This document shows positions 12,891 to 26,055 of a stretch of 62,791 nucleotides of DNA, in pieces (the first letter of the stretch is position 1; each line of letters starts with the position of its first letter). A program made the translations under genes and the position numbers. The stretch is taken from contig NW_018407322.1 of the NCBI RefSeq assembly GCF_002113885.1, forward strand, positions 955,224 to 1,018,014. The letters run 5' to 3'. Origin of the DNA: Mizuhopecten yessoensis (lineage: Eukaryota). The notes under the pieces were generated by a model, which saw only the letters and a program-made list of their open reading frames with translations, was not told where the DNA came from and ran no database searches.

Positions 12891-14451
12891 TGAGCTTGTT
12901 TAGCCTTCGAGCTACAAGGACCCCGGACGATACGGTTGGTGTATACTGATAATTGATGGGCTACATACATTGTGAATTAAACCGATTACTTCTGATTTGT
13001 CCTAGATTCGTACAGAAAATGAGGATGAATACAAAAAGCAATATGCGAAATTTGTTAAGTACACAATGATCGCACATCGGATGGTAAAGGTGTTATCTTT
13101 ATTTTGTCATTATTGAGTTTGCTTTTAATTTTCTATCAAAATACACTTGGAAAAGTACAATTATCGCATACATGAAGTTTAATTTCAGAAAGGTGTTTTG
13201 TTTGACGTATAACAACTAAAATAGTCCATAACATGTGGGATTTATTAAATAATCAGGTGTCGTCAAACGGATGTTTGATCAAAAATAAGATGTTATGGTG
13301 ACAGTGGATAATGGATTGGCAATCAGAACCTGGTGCAACGGAGTAAACACCTCGGGCATAAACTCCCCGAGGTTTACACTAATTACACATACATGTACTG
13401 CACCAGTATTTATAGGCTTCGAGGTGTCGAGGTTTTGTTTCATTTCCAACACTTAATTCTCAATAAACATAGCTGTTTGCGATGGGAATCATAGCTATGA
13501 TGGCGTCAGAGACAATGTGCGCAAATCGTTTTGATTCAGTGGCTGATCTCTGTAAAGTAAATAGGCTTGCGCATCACCCGTATAATGTTCCGCTATGTTT
13601 CACTCGGCAAAAAAAGCAGTTTTCTAGTTTCAGCGAATTATGTATTGTCTGGTGGGGTTGGAGTAGGTGTTCGGGCCGTCAGGGATATGTTGTGATATAT
13701 TGACCGACGAGGCGAATCTGGACGGCAACGGAGCGACAAGCATGCGCTATAGGATTGAACACGCCCAAGTCATTGTGTAAACTGATCAACGACCTATTGG
13801 CCAATTAGAGCTATCCTTACACCGAACGCTCTAATTTGGCATGATAAGTCTGCGTGCTACGTTTTGTTTGCTGACCGAAGAATCGTGTATTCTCTAAGAG
13901 TAAATGATACATTTTCCTGAAAAGCATCACGGCACGACGTTCGATCATTTAGGACGTTGGAAATGAAACATATAATGCTTTCTGACAGAAATTGGTCTAC
14001 CGTGGCATTGAGTTTGATATCCATCGATCCTGAGGGGGTTATAGAGCTGGTCGAGTTGTTCTCCCAGCCAAGGCAAGACAGAACTAAACACCGGCTCGGG
14101 CCTGTAGGGAGCTTCAAAAGTCCACTCGGAACCGCGCAGGACGTCCAACCAATACAGACACGACCTTGGATTACTCAGGAACAAAGCACTACCAGTAACA
14201 ATTAATCAATTAATGAAGTAGGACAATTTATTGGAAACAATCAATAAAATAAATACAGCCATAGAATAGAAAACTGGAAAATAAAATCAAAAACCTGTTT
14301 GTATTGGCTGAGGGAATTAGCCGTTCAAATATTATAACACAGTTGATTAGAAAAAAAACTGTAATTAATTTAGATTCAAACATAGGTTTTATTTAGTTTG
14401 TGTGCTGATACTTGAGCCTCTACATTGAACGTAATAATGTGATCATGCGTG

Positions 14452-14966
14452 GGTAGAACGTTGTGATATGTTGGTAGAACGTTACAGTGTTTGTGGTAGT
14501 ACGTTGTGATATATTGGTAGAACGTTACTTTTGTAGGCCGAACGTTATAATATCGTGGTAGTACATTGTGATATATTGATAGAACGTTTACTTGTGGTGG
14601 CCGAACGTTGTGATATGGTGGTAGAACGTTATGATACGGTGGTAGTACATTGTTATATGTTGGTAGAACGTTGTGACATATTGGTAGAACGTTGTGATAT
14701 GGTGGTAGAACATTGGGATATGTTGGTAGAACGTTGTGATATGGTAGTAGTACATTGTGATATATTGGTAGAACGTTTACTTTTGTTGGCCGAATGTTGT
14801 GATGTATTGGTAGAACGTTGTGATACGGTGGTAGAACATTGTGATATGTTGGTAGAACATTGTGATATGTTGGTAGAACGTTGAGACATATTGGTAAAAC
14901 GTTGTGATATGTTGGTAAAACGTTGTGACGTATTGGTAGAACATTGTGATATGTTGGTAGAACGTT
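14452..14966. repeat. 21-bp minisatellite (resumes at ~15392-15480 after an insertion)
   Basis: Unit gtagaacgttgtgatatgttg. Confidence 0.9.
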
Positions 14967-15390
14967 TTATCACATAATGTACTGTGTTATCCAGTGAATA
15001 CACCTGTGTCATATTTATTTGTGAATTAACCCATATAATATAACCTATCCGCCCTGCGATTGGTTGTAAGTTTCATTTTTTTTCAATTGTGACGCCACGC
15101 CTAGGACAAGTACATGACGTCACATACTTACGCACTGGAGTCGAAATGGCGGCTTTTTACATTTCAAGGTTGCATGAAAATTGTCGTTTTACACGAATAA
15201 ATACCACAAATCTTGATTATGTGATAAAAAGGATCTTACACTCGTTTTCATTTCATATGAGATTTATGAAATGAGTCTAAGAATTTTTCAATTTAGCGAG
15301 CATCTGGCGAGCTTAAATGAAAAATTCTTAGACTCGTTTCATAAATCTAATATGAAATGGAAACTCATGTAAGATCCTATATTTATTATA
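14965..15390. mobile_element. Non-autonomous DNA element with asymmetric inverted repeats and a long palindrome (Crypton- or Helentron-like, family uncertain)
   Basis: Perfect 14-bp IR ttttatcacataat (14965-14978) / attatgtgataaaa (15216-15229). Palindrome with ~65-bp arms at 15230-15295 and 15313-15378. It interrupts the 21-bp array. Confidence 0.65.
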
Positions 15391-17394
15391 TAGGTAGAAC
15401 GTGATACTTGCTTGTGTTTGTAGAACGTTATGGTCTTTTGGTAGAACGTTGTGATATGTTAATAAAACGTTGTGGTGTGTTGAAAGTCAGGGTGAGTTGG
15501 AAGAATGTTGTCGTGTTCCGTTATAATTGTTTTTGGTAGAAACACCATACTGAACAACAATACATTAGAAATTATCATAAGAATTTATTAGACATCGTTC
15601 TACAGATATTAATTCATTCAAATTCCAAAAGTACTCCGCTAGCTTTTATGAATGATGTATCGGGCACGTGTTTGGAAGCCCGACATGGTAAGTGGCTGAT
15701 GTATTGTTGTGAGCGGCACGGTAAGGCCCGGCAACTGTGTCGCTGTGGAAGTCGGTAATACTCGGCGGAGACACAGTAATAAAACTGTCTATTTGCCAGT
15801 AACAATTTGTACAGTTTTATAGTTTTCTATAGAGGTCCACTGACTTGACAGATCCGGTTATATATGGGATTCCTTATTTCAGGGAAACAGCAGCCACATG
15901 TACCCATAATCTTAAGGAAGCGTGTCCCGAGAAAGGCTAAGTAGTCTTAAGGCATCCCAATGCAACAAAACGATTGGTATACGTATTATCAACATTATTC
16001 CCTTCTGTATTCATATTCACATTTTTATTTTCTTGTATCATACTTGTAGTGTGCATGCATAAACATTTCCTACCATATTAACTACTGTGAGTTATCATTT
16101 ATAGATAGATATTTCCTACTATATAAACCAGACACAAATATTCCCTACTGAGGAGCAACATAGTAGGGACTATAACTGCGATACATGTATGTACAGATAC
16201 TTCCAATTCACCAATACAATCTTCCCTGCGTTAAAGATGCCACAGATCTCTTCATCGACCTAAAGTAGTCCGAACCAGAGGAAAAGCCGTGTTATGTTAA
16301 AGTGACATAAAATAGGCAGAGCTCAAAAGGCACAGTTTCAGAGTTCTGTAAAGAATTGTATGTGCCATTTTCCTCCGTGTAATAAATTTGATACATTCTG
16401 TGTCATACCGTAAATACATGTGTGAGCCGCTTTGTTTAGTGCATAAATACTGCAAGTTAGCAAAAGTAAATCTTTTGGTTGCGACCAGGCCCGTCTGTAC
16501 ATGCCGACTATTTCAGGGGTAAGATTCGTGCCTGTCGCTTTCTCTCAGGGACAGCTAGTTGAACGCTTGAACCTCATATACAAAGCGGCCTAATATCTCG
16601 ATTGTAGACGTCCTTTTAATACGAGAGTCAGTCAACTCTGGACACAATGGTTACTTTAAATTTTCGTTTACGGCCGGGTGATGAAATGACAAAAAAGGGA
16701 GGCTTTAAGTGACGTAGGCCTTAATGACTTGCCGCCAATACCTGATGCATTTTGCTGCTCGTTAGTGGTGTATCAAACGCAGATATAATTGCAAGGAAAG
16801 GCAGGGAAATGCGACGGAAGTTGTTATGGATCAATTAAAACACTTCCTCTCTAACGATATGTCCTAACGAGGGGTAAATAGAGCAATATCATTTAAAAGC
16901 CAGGAAATTGTGACATAAGGCTTTCTTCAGTCAATGTATATCACTTTGCCATATAAGCTAAAACCTTGTCGACCGTATTCAACTCGTGCGACATCATCAA
17001 ATGTACCGGCATGGCTGTCGTGTCAGAGCAACCGCACAGGATGCACGTGAGATAGGTGTGTCAGAGCGACCGCGAAGAAGGAAAGTGTGATAGCCTAATT
17101 TGGGATTCGCGACAGCGGAGGAGAGAAGTTTGACAGTCGCGACCGCGGAGGAGGTTTGACAGCCATGTCAGAGCGGCCAAAGAGAGAGAGAGAGATGTGA
17201 CATCCGTACCAGAGAGACCGCGGAGAAGGGAAGTAAACTCAAATACGCAGAAAAGAGAAGTGTATAATTGTGACAATATAAATAAATAAATGAATATTCA
17301 CATATCTTTCATACATGCCTTAGATAAACCTTCCAACCAAAAGAATACAAGAACCTTTTCACGTGAATGTGTTCCAGTCGTAAATGTTCCGGTC

Positions 17395-18460
17395 TTTAAG
17401 GTCGGGTTGGCTGTGTTGATCATGTTCAGTATTAAGGTCGGGTTGGCTGAGTTGATCATGTTCAGTATTAAGGTCGGGTTGGCTGAGTTGGTCATGTTCA
17501 GTATTAAGGTCGGGTTGGCTGAGTTGGTCATGTTCAGTATTAAGGTCGGGTTGGCTGAGTTGGTCATGTTCAGTATTAAGGTCGGGTTGGCTGAGTTGGT
17601 CATGTTCAGTATTAAGGTCGGGTTGGCTGAGTTGGTCATGTTCAGTATTAAGGTCGGGTTGGCTGAGTTGGTCATGTTCAGTATTAAGGTCGGGTTGGCT
17701 GAGTTGGTCATGTTCAGTATTAAGGTCGGGTTGGCTGAGTTAGTCAAGTTCAGTATTAAAGTCGGGTTGGCTGAGTTGATCATGTTCAGTTTTAAGGTCG
17801 GGTTGGCTGAGTTGGTCATGTTCAGTATTAAGGTCGGGTTGGCTGAGTTGGTCATGTTCAGTTTTAAGGTCGGGTTGGCTGAGTTGGTCATGTTCAGTAT
17901 TAAGGTCGGGTTGGCTGAGTTGGTCATGTTCAGTTTTAAGGTCGGGTTGGCTGAGTTGGTCATGTTCAGTATTAAGGTCGGGTTGGCTGAGTTGGTCATG
18001 TTCAGTTTTAAGGTCGGGTTGGCTGAGTTGGTCATGTTCAGTATTAAGGTCGGGTTGGCTGAGTTGGTCATGTTCAGTATTAAGGTCGGGTTGGCTGAGT
18101 TGGTCATGTTCAGTTTTAAGGTCGGGTTGGCTGAGTTGATCATGTTCAGTTTTAAGGTCGGGTTGGCTGTGTTGGTCATGTTCAGTATTAAGGTCGGGTT
18201 GGCTGAGTTGGTCATGTTCAGTGTTAAGGTCGGGTTAGCTGTGTTGGTCATGTTCAATATCAAGGTCGGGTTGGCTGTGTTGGTCATGTTCAGTGTTAAG
18301 GTCGGGTTGGCTGTGTTGGTCATGTTCAATATTAAAGTCGGGTTGGCTGTGTTGGTCATGTTCAATATTAAGGTCGGGTTGGCTGAGTTGATCAGGTTCA
18401 GTATTAAGGTCGGGTTGGCTGTGTTGGTCAAGTTCAATATTAAGGTTGGGTTGGCTGAGC
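17395..18460. repeat. 36-bp minisatellite
   Basis: Unit aaggtcgggttggctgagttggtcatgttcagtatt, about 29 copies. It produces the artefactual ORFs 17290..18495 and 17298..18437. Confidence 0.97.
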
Positions 18461-18619
18461 TCGTCTTGTTAAATATCTTGGAATGGGTTGGTTGACTTAG
18501 ATAATCATGTTGAAGACGATACGATATTACAATTGGATTGATGATACTTTGGTGGAAGGTCGGTGGACGGACTCACTGACAACCAAAACCTATAACCTGC
18601 ATTTCTCACTACAGCAAAT

Positions 18620-18692
18620 ATAACAGCTCCGCCTTCTATTTTTGTTTATCACGGCATGTCCGTCCGTCGGTCCGTCCGTCGTCCGTCCGTTT
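18620..18692 (+). mobile_element. Possible HINE/pearl-type (non-autonomous Helentron) 5' fragment with (GTCC)n
   Basis: ttatcacggcatgtccgtccgtcggtccgtccgtcgtccgtccgt; this microsatellite is typical of HINE/DINE-1-like elements. Confidence 0.35.
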
Positions 18693-21006
18693 GGAGTTCT
18701 CGGACACATCACGACGATATTCGCCCTGTTTTATTGAAAACGCAGCGACAAAACTATTTAGATTTTCAATTTCCTGATCTAATGTTCCTAGATAAAATAC
18801 AATTCTGTTGATACCTAATCAATCAGGTAAACAAACAACGAAGGCATGGCGACAGTAAACCAGACCGTACACTGCTATTCCCCGGGGCAATCCGGAATCA
18901 TCAGACCAGCAGTCGGCACACAAATTAGTGATCACGTTGCCTGGTTACGTTTTCCTTAAATGACATTAAGACAAGAATTACTTGACAAACAGACACTGAT
19001 TAAAATTATATTTGGATGTTGGAAATAAATGGCAATAATGATGTTAGGGAGTAAGAAAACGTGGCGTGCACGACAATCACTAACTGGTCTTGTTTGTGTT
19101 CGGTCGGAAGTCCGGTCGCCAACTAATACATCCCTCTAGCTCATATTTTAATTGTGGGAATGCGTTCAAACCTGGAGACTATCATTCACTTTTCAGAAAT
19201 CAAATTCCATTCTGAACAATATCACAGAAAAATTATATCAATGCGTTTATTTTTTCTTCTGATTTTCTACAATCCAAATTAAATTCCAGTCTAAAACAGA
19301 TTAATAGTTTCTGGGAACAGAATCAAACGAAATATTGATTTTTTACATTCAGTGAAAATAATGTGTAATATTTTTGCATAAAAGTATCGATATGATCCGG
19401 GAATGGAGAGATCATCCGTGTAGTGAACTAGCCACCGTGTAATGAGTAGGAACGCGGGAGCGTACACCTGCATAGCACGTGCCCCGCGTGGAGCAGGTTC
19501 CCGCCAGGATCAAAGTAACTTGTCATAGCCAAGCTTTGTCGTGCTGTCTCTATACAAAATTGTAAACACAGTTATGTAAACTCGTTGTATTGCGATACTG
19601 TCGCCAGAAGTTGGTTATATCCTAGGTAGGCCGTGGTATTGATCGACACCAAAACTACAGGGTTCCGCATACGAACAGTTCTCCCGATTTGATTTGTATG
19701 TAAATAGGTTGTGGGTCAGTTTTTCAATAACTCCTTTATTTCGTCTTAACGTTTACGATCCTGTTTTGTTACTGGAACCAAGCAGCTTTAGATTCTTGTC
19801 GCAAAAAAAAGTGAAAAAGAGAAAATGACAGTCAGTTCGATAAAAGTTGTATACTTATTAAGTATGACATATGTTCTGATAACGACATTAAATCATTATA
19901 AAATGTCGTCTCCTCGCCTTCCGGTTGACATGCACAAATGAACGGATATGAATTTTGAAGAACAAGGTTTGCGGTTCCTTTTCGAATTTAACTAAGATAA
20001 AAATAACAGATCGTTTCCTTTTCTCAGTACGTCTGTGATCTAACATGCGATCACTGCTGTCTACTAATTTACCGTGACGGCAGTTTGCAGCAGTCCTTGT
20101 ACTCGTTCATTTGCGCATGTCAACCGCATAGCGAAAAGAGGGAAAACGGCATTTTAAAGAAGTGAGCTGTCGTATTTCACGACAGGATAATGCAATAGCG
20201 ACATTATTATTTTGCTAATAGTCGTTCTTTCGCAGCGAAATAACGAAGCTTTCCTGATTTACTAAAGGAACACACAACGGACGATTTTTGCGACACGAAA
20301 TCATAATGATTGCCGATCGCTACTGTACACGGACTTATTTCGCCTTTCATGTATAGTTTGAAGGCGATTTAGAGAGAAATGAAGTGCAACAATTTTGCAG
20401 CAAAATACCAAAATGACAACATTTGATTATCGGAAATGTCGATATTTCGCGGTTAAAAACGGAATAACAAAATGGCACAAATGCATCGGCATACAAGAAT
20501 GCCTACGTTTTTAACATATAGTGTCAAGCCCGCGTAGTGACAAATTGCTCAGTAATATAGCAATCTACTCTACAGCCACATTGCTCTAAACGAAATGTTT
20601 TGTCGACAACCGCATTGCTGCAACCACACAAACTTTTGTAGTGACAAGAATTCATCTGGAAAACCCCTTTGCAAGTTCTATTCTTTCTTTTTCTCTCCGT
20701 CTTTTGACTTTCCTGTCTCTCCTGATGAAATCAACTCTGACATACCTGACACGGTTTTTAAGTTTTTGCAATTCGGTTGACACCACCAGGAACGTTCTCG
20801 CTGTGGTGCAATATCAATAGCACGGTGGATTTATTATTGACAGTTCCACGTGTGTGTTTTACAACTGTAACAAGTTCAAGTTCTTTATTTGCCGAAGTTT
20901 TACAACTTATGGCAATTACAAATAAGACAAAGACACTCACAAGGACACACTCACACTGACTCGCACACATCATCCTCATCAAGAACACTCACACTGACTC
21001 GCACAC

Positions 21007-21036
21007 ATCATCCTCATCATCTTTATCAACCTCATC

Positions 21037-21073
<37 letters not shown>

Positions 21074-21195
21074 CCTCATCATAATCATCATCATCATCAC
21101 ATCATTACACCATCATCATCATCATCATCATCATCACATCATTACACCATCATCATCATCATCATCATCATCCCCATATCAGCAACAGCAGCAGC
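21007..21195. repeat. (CAT)n / (CAG)n microsatellite
   Basis: Long catcatcat runs ending in cagcagcag; source of the poly-His/Ser/Gln ORF. Confidence 0.95.
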
Positions 21196-22761
21196 AATCA
21201 TTCGTCATTCATCATACTCACATTCATACACACGCACGAACCATTCTTTACCCTCATTCACCCATGCAAGACTTATCAATATAATAGTATATTACATAAT
21301 TTGTATACAATAAACTGATGTACAACATGTATCTTAACATGACCTGTTCTATTGATGACCTCTTAATAAATCTGCTCTACGTTTAAAGGCTAGTGATAAA
21401 TACTTTCCTAAACGATTCTCATGTTTAGGTCACTAGTGTCTTTGTGCATACTTGACAAATTGTCCAACAGTAAAGTCGTGTGTATTTGGATCCTTGGTCA
21501 GACATTGCAAGCAAACAGCTTTGAGAACTCGTACAAATACGACAAAAGAATGAATAAATCTATCAAAATATATTGCCGGAATCGGTATTTATAATACTTT
21601 TCTGACAGGAGGAAGCGACGGAAACTATTTTCTATATAAAATGAAAAATAATTAAATGTTTTTGTGCGTCTTTTTGTGTAACTGCCATTATATTTGTTTG
21701 TTACAATTTGTGGAGAGCTTACAATGTTGAAATAATTTGTGTCCAATCCTGTATTTTTGGCAAGAAAATATCTTTAAAGCAATATTTTTCTATTCTTAAT
21801 ATTCCATAATAAAAAAAACGTACTCTTTAGTTTCAAACTGATCTGCCATATCTACTTAACGAAAGGAGTATCGCGTCGTTGATTTAAACATTTTATTGAT
21901 ATAATCAAATGGATTGGGCACAAGTTATAACAACTTATACATTCTAGAAGCCCTCTCCTCAACTATAACATTACATTGATAGTGATAGCGACATATGCCA
22001 ATCAAAATAATTGTATGAAAACAAGGAACATAGACGGGAAAAAAAGAAGAGAGTTTTGAAAGACAGAAGAGATCATAGAGAGGAGTAGAGTATATTTGGA
22101 ATGATACAAAAGGTTCATTCAAAGTATGAATATTTTGAAACTACTTAAACTTAAACTACTGCATGGCACACACTAGCTACGTATTCTTTTCACATCAGCT
22201 ATTCGTTTGTCCATATAAAACACATTCCTTAGAATCCTTCCTCGAGTCATTCCTGTTTCTTCTAGGTAACAAATCAAAGTGCCATGCAGCGGAATTATTT
22301 CAATTTAAAAAGAAAAAATATATATATTCAATTTGCTGAACCAGTTACACTATTAATTATTCTATAGACCTACAAAGCAGAATGAGAGAAGAGATTATGA
22401 CAAATTAGATACATATACCTGTTCATACGAAGTTTTGTTTAGAAACGGTCACTTTAATGAATAAAAGTCTGAACAATTTTAAAAATACGCTCATTGTCAA
22501 CATTTGATAATTCAACATTTCCGGACAATAGTAACTCTAGGTGCACAGGATGATAGGGTATCAACTTATTTAACATTTCATGTCTGATGTTCCTGTACAT
22601 TGGACATTGGAATCAATAATGGTATGAGTTTTTACAGGGGTGGCCACAGGCACAAAAAGGAGATTCTACAAGGTTCACACGAAAGAGATCATAATTCAGT
22701 TGGCTACAATTGTGTCTAAGTTTAGTTAATAAGATATTAAGGCGACGGGGTCCGTAATTAA

Positions 22762-23450
22762 AGGTATAGTCGCACGTCACCAGGTATAGTCGCCCGTCAC
22801 CAGGTATAGTCAGGCATAGTCGCGCGTCACCAGGTATAGTCAGGGGTAGTCGCGCATCACAAGGGATAGCCAGGTATAGTCGCGCGTCACCAGGTATAGT
22901 CAGGGATAGTCGCGCGTCACCAGGTATAGTCAGGTGTAGTCGCGCATCACAAGGTATAGTCAGGTATAGTCGCGCATCACGCCCGCCAGTCAGGTATAGT
23001 CGGGCGTCACCAGGTATAGTCAGGTATAGTCGCGCGTCACCAGGTATAGTCGCCCGCCACCAGGTATAGTCAGGTATAGTCGCGCGTCACCAGGTATAGT
23101 CGCCCGCCACCAGGTATAGTCAGGTATAGTCGCGCATCACAAGGTATAGTCAGGTGTAGTCGCGCATCACAAGGTATAGCCAGGTATAGTCGCGCGTCAC
23201 CAGGTATAGTCAGGTATAGTCGCGTTTCACCAGGTATAGTCGCTCGTCACCAGGTATAGTCAGGTATAGCCGAGCGTCACCAGGTATAGTCGCGCGCCGC
23301 CCGTTACCAGGTACAGTCGCCCGTCACAAGGTATAGACGCGCGACACCAGGTATAGACGCGCGTCACCAGGTATAGTCGCCCGTCACTAGGTATAGATCG
23401 CGCGTCACCAGGTATAGACGCGCGTCACCAGGTATAGTCGCCCGTCACCC
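22762..23450. repeat. Modular 20/30-bp minisatellite built from 10-bp blocks
   Basis: Blocks caggtatagt and cgcgcgtcac combine as AB (20 bp) or AAB (30 bp). Confidence 0.92.
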
Positions 23451-24775
23451 GATATTGTCGGCCGCAGTCATCTACTGTTGTGAATATATAAGTTTAAACA
23501 CACTAAGTAATTAACAAAACTACATAATTTGTAACGTTTTTGTAGGAAAGTCCTACTAGATTATTGCAAAAAGCGGTATTGCGTTCAGAAACTAATTTAT
23601 AATGGCATACACAATATGGCGCTAAAGATTACGCGAACTACAGATTAAAGATTACGCGAACTAAAGATTACGCGAACTAAATCTTGCGGTTTGCTGATTC
23701 AGTATCGTTTCCGTAATGTTTTTCTCATTTCAATGTAAAATATTATCAAAACTTTTTAATTCTCGTTCTCGTCTTATTTCTGATTTAGAAGTGTTCCGCC
23801 ATAGACGTTAAATATGCATGGTATTCAACGGCAAACCATTAGATACCGTCTATAGGACTTCCTATCAAGTATGGAAGTACGCATTATATGACGGTGCACT
23901 ATAGAGGCAGTCAACAAATGTATCGATGTACTATTGAGATATCGAAGTACACAAATCTGGTGATGTACTGTATGGGTTAGGAATTAAACATCCCTTCTGT
24001 CATTATTATAATGACCTGAACAGGACCCACGCCACAGTGCCCGGATTAGTATCCCGTATATACGTGTCTGCAGCCCGTGTCCCCTGGGACGGGACTCTAT
24101 CGACACATATCTGGAGGTAATTTGTCAGACCTGTGATGGGGAGGCTAGGCGTCGGCAAAAACATGACAAAACGGATTGTGATGGTCCTCCGGGAGCTCGT
24201 TCTCCCTATACGAGGCCCCGTATGTCAGGCACTCCACGTTGACGTAGCTATAGTAAGCGCTTTTAAAGATGAACAGAGTGCCGATCAGCTTTGACCATCT
24301 GATCGGAGTTTGAGGTCTCTATTCAGCGTCTTAATGGACAACGGGTCCGGCCACTTTGACGAAAAGTTACTTGATTTGTTATACGTCAGACTAATACCAG
24401 GCATTAGGTGAATCTAGTGCCGGGATCTCTCTGTCAGCTGAGGACACGGTTAAGGAGATCCCAGTTACAAAGTCTCAGAAACCCAATGTTGATAATCGAT
24501 ATAAACGTAGGTGAACTTTTGCTCTAACCGTCCACCAGAAACCACCGAGTAAAAACTAATGGACATCTATCGAGTTCGTTGATTGAAAAGCAAACATTAT
24601 CGGCAAGTTATACATCAGTAGCTAATCTGGAGCCAATATCTGAATTAGCAGAGGAAATACAATTACGTTCTTCATTTGGACTTCTAAACTACGAAAAGTA
24701 ATGACAGAATTGGATTACATCTTTTAGGTCGATGTTGGGTGTATAATATTAAGTTATAGTGCGTGGTTAATGAAC

Positions 24776-26055
24776 AGCGTGGTTAAGAAACCTTATCCTG
24801 ATACGCCTGGTAATATAGCGTGGTTAAGAAACCTTATCCTGATACGCCTGGTTATATAGCGTGGTTAGAAAACCTTACCCTGATACGCCTGGTTATATAG
24901 CATGGTTAGAAAACCTTACCCTGATACGCCTGGTTATATAGCGTGATTAGAAAACCTTACCCTGATACGCCTGGATATATACCGTGGTTAGAAACCTTAC
25001 CCTGATACGCCTGGCTATATAGCGTGGTTAAGAAACCTTAAGGCAAACCCGGTTATAGGGTGTGGTTTAGAAACATAACCCTGATACGCCCGGTTATTGG
25101 GTATGGTTTAGGAGTCTTACCGGGATATACCCAGTTACTGTACGGTTAAAGTATATTTATAATACAACCGGTGATATAGCGTGGTTTATAAACCTTTACC
25201 TACTACGCCCGGTAATACAGCGTGGTTAAGAAACCTTAACCTGATATGTCCAATTATATGGTTCGGTTTTGGAATCTTACCGTGATACACCCGTGTAGCG
25301 GCGTGGTTTATAAACCTTTACCGTAATACACCCGTGTAGCGGCGTGGTTTATAAACCTTTACCGTGATACACCCGTTTAACGGCGTGGTTTATAAACCTG
25401 TACCGTAAAACACCCGTGTAGCGGCGTGGTTTATAAACCGTGTAACGGCGTGGTTTATAAACCTTTACCGTGATACACCCGTGTAACGGCGTGGTTTATA
25501 AACCTTAAGCGTAATACACCCGTGTAGCGGCGTGGTTTATAAACCTTTACCGTGCTACACCCGTGTAGCGGCGTGGGTTATAAACCTTTACCGTGATACA
25601 CCCGTGTAACGGCGTGGTTTATAAACCTTTACCGTGATACAACCGTGTAGCCGCGTGGTTTATAAACTTTTACCGTAATACGTCCGTGTAACGGTGTGGT
25701 TTATAAACCTTTACCGTACTACACCCGTGTAGCGGCGTGGTTTATAAACCTTTATCGTAATACACCCGTGTAACGGCGTGGTTTATAAACCTTTACCGTA
25801 ATACACCCGTGTAGCGGCGTGGTTTATAAACCGTGTAACGGCGTGGTTTATAAACCTTTCCCGTGATACAAACGTGTCGCCGCGTGGTTTATAAACTTTT
25901 ACCGTAATACGTCCGTGTAACGGCGTGGGTTTTAAACCTTTACCGTGCTACACCCGTGGAGCGGCGTGGTTTTTAAAACTTTACCGTATTACACCCGTGT
26001 AACGGCGTGGTTTATAAACCTTTACCGTGATACACCCGTGTAACGGCGTGGTTTA
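24776..26055. repeat. 41-bp minisatellite with two sequence phases
   Basis: agcgtggttaagaaaccttatcctgatacgcctggttatat (left) grades into gcggcgtggtttataaacctttaccgtgatacacccgtgta (right). Confidence 0.92.

Noticed and set aside
13780-14205. CCAAT palindrome (ctattggccaattag) plus an 82-aa ORF as a promoter and first exon
   Set aside because: There is no recognisable protein similarity or splice structure; it cannot be supported without transcript data.
17290-18495. 401-aa hydrophobic ORF and 379-aa opposite-strand ORF
   Set aside because: They are translations of a 36-bp repeat, open on both strands, with no gene context.
19800-20495. GCGAAA/TTTCGC-rich stretch as a non-autonomous DNA transposon
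   Set aside because: It is suggestive, but I could not find a matching pair of termini or a TSD.
20889-21284. His-rich 131-aa ORF
   Set aside because: It is produced by a (CAT)n microsatellite.
24110-24245. CQTC...HDKTDC as a gag or ORF1 zinc knuckle
   Set aside because: The spacing does not fit CX2CX4HX4C, and no supporting retroelement motifs are nearby.
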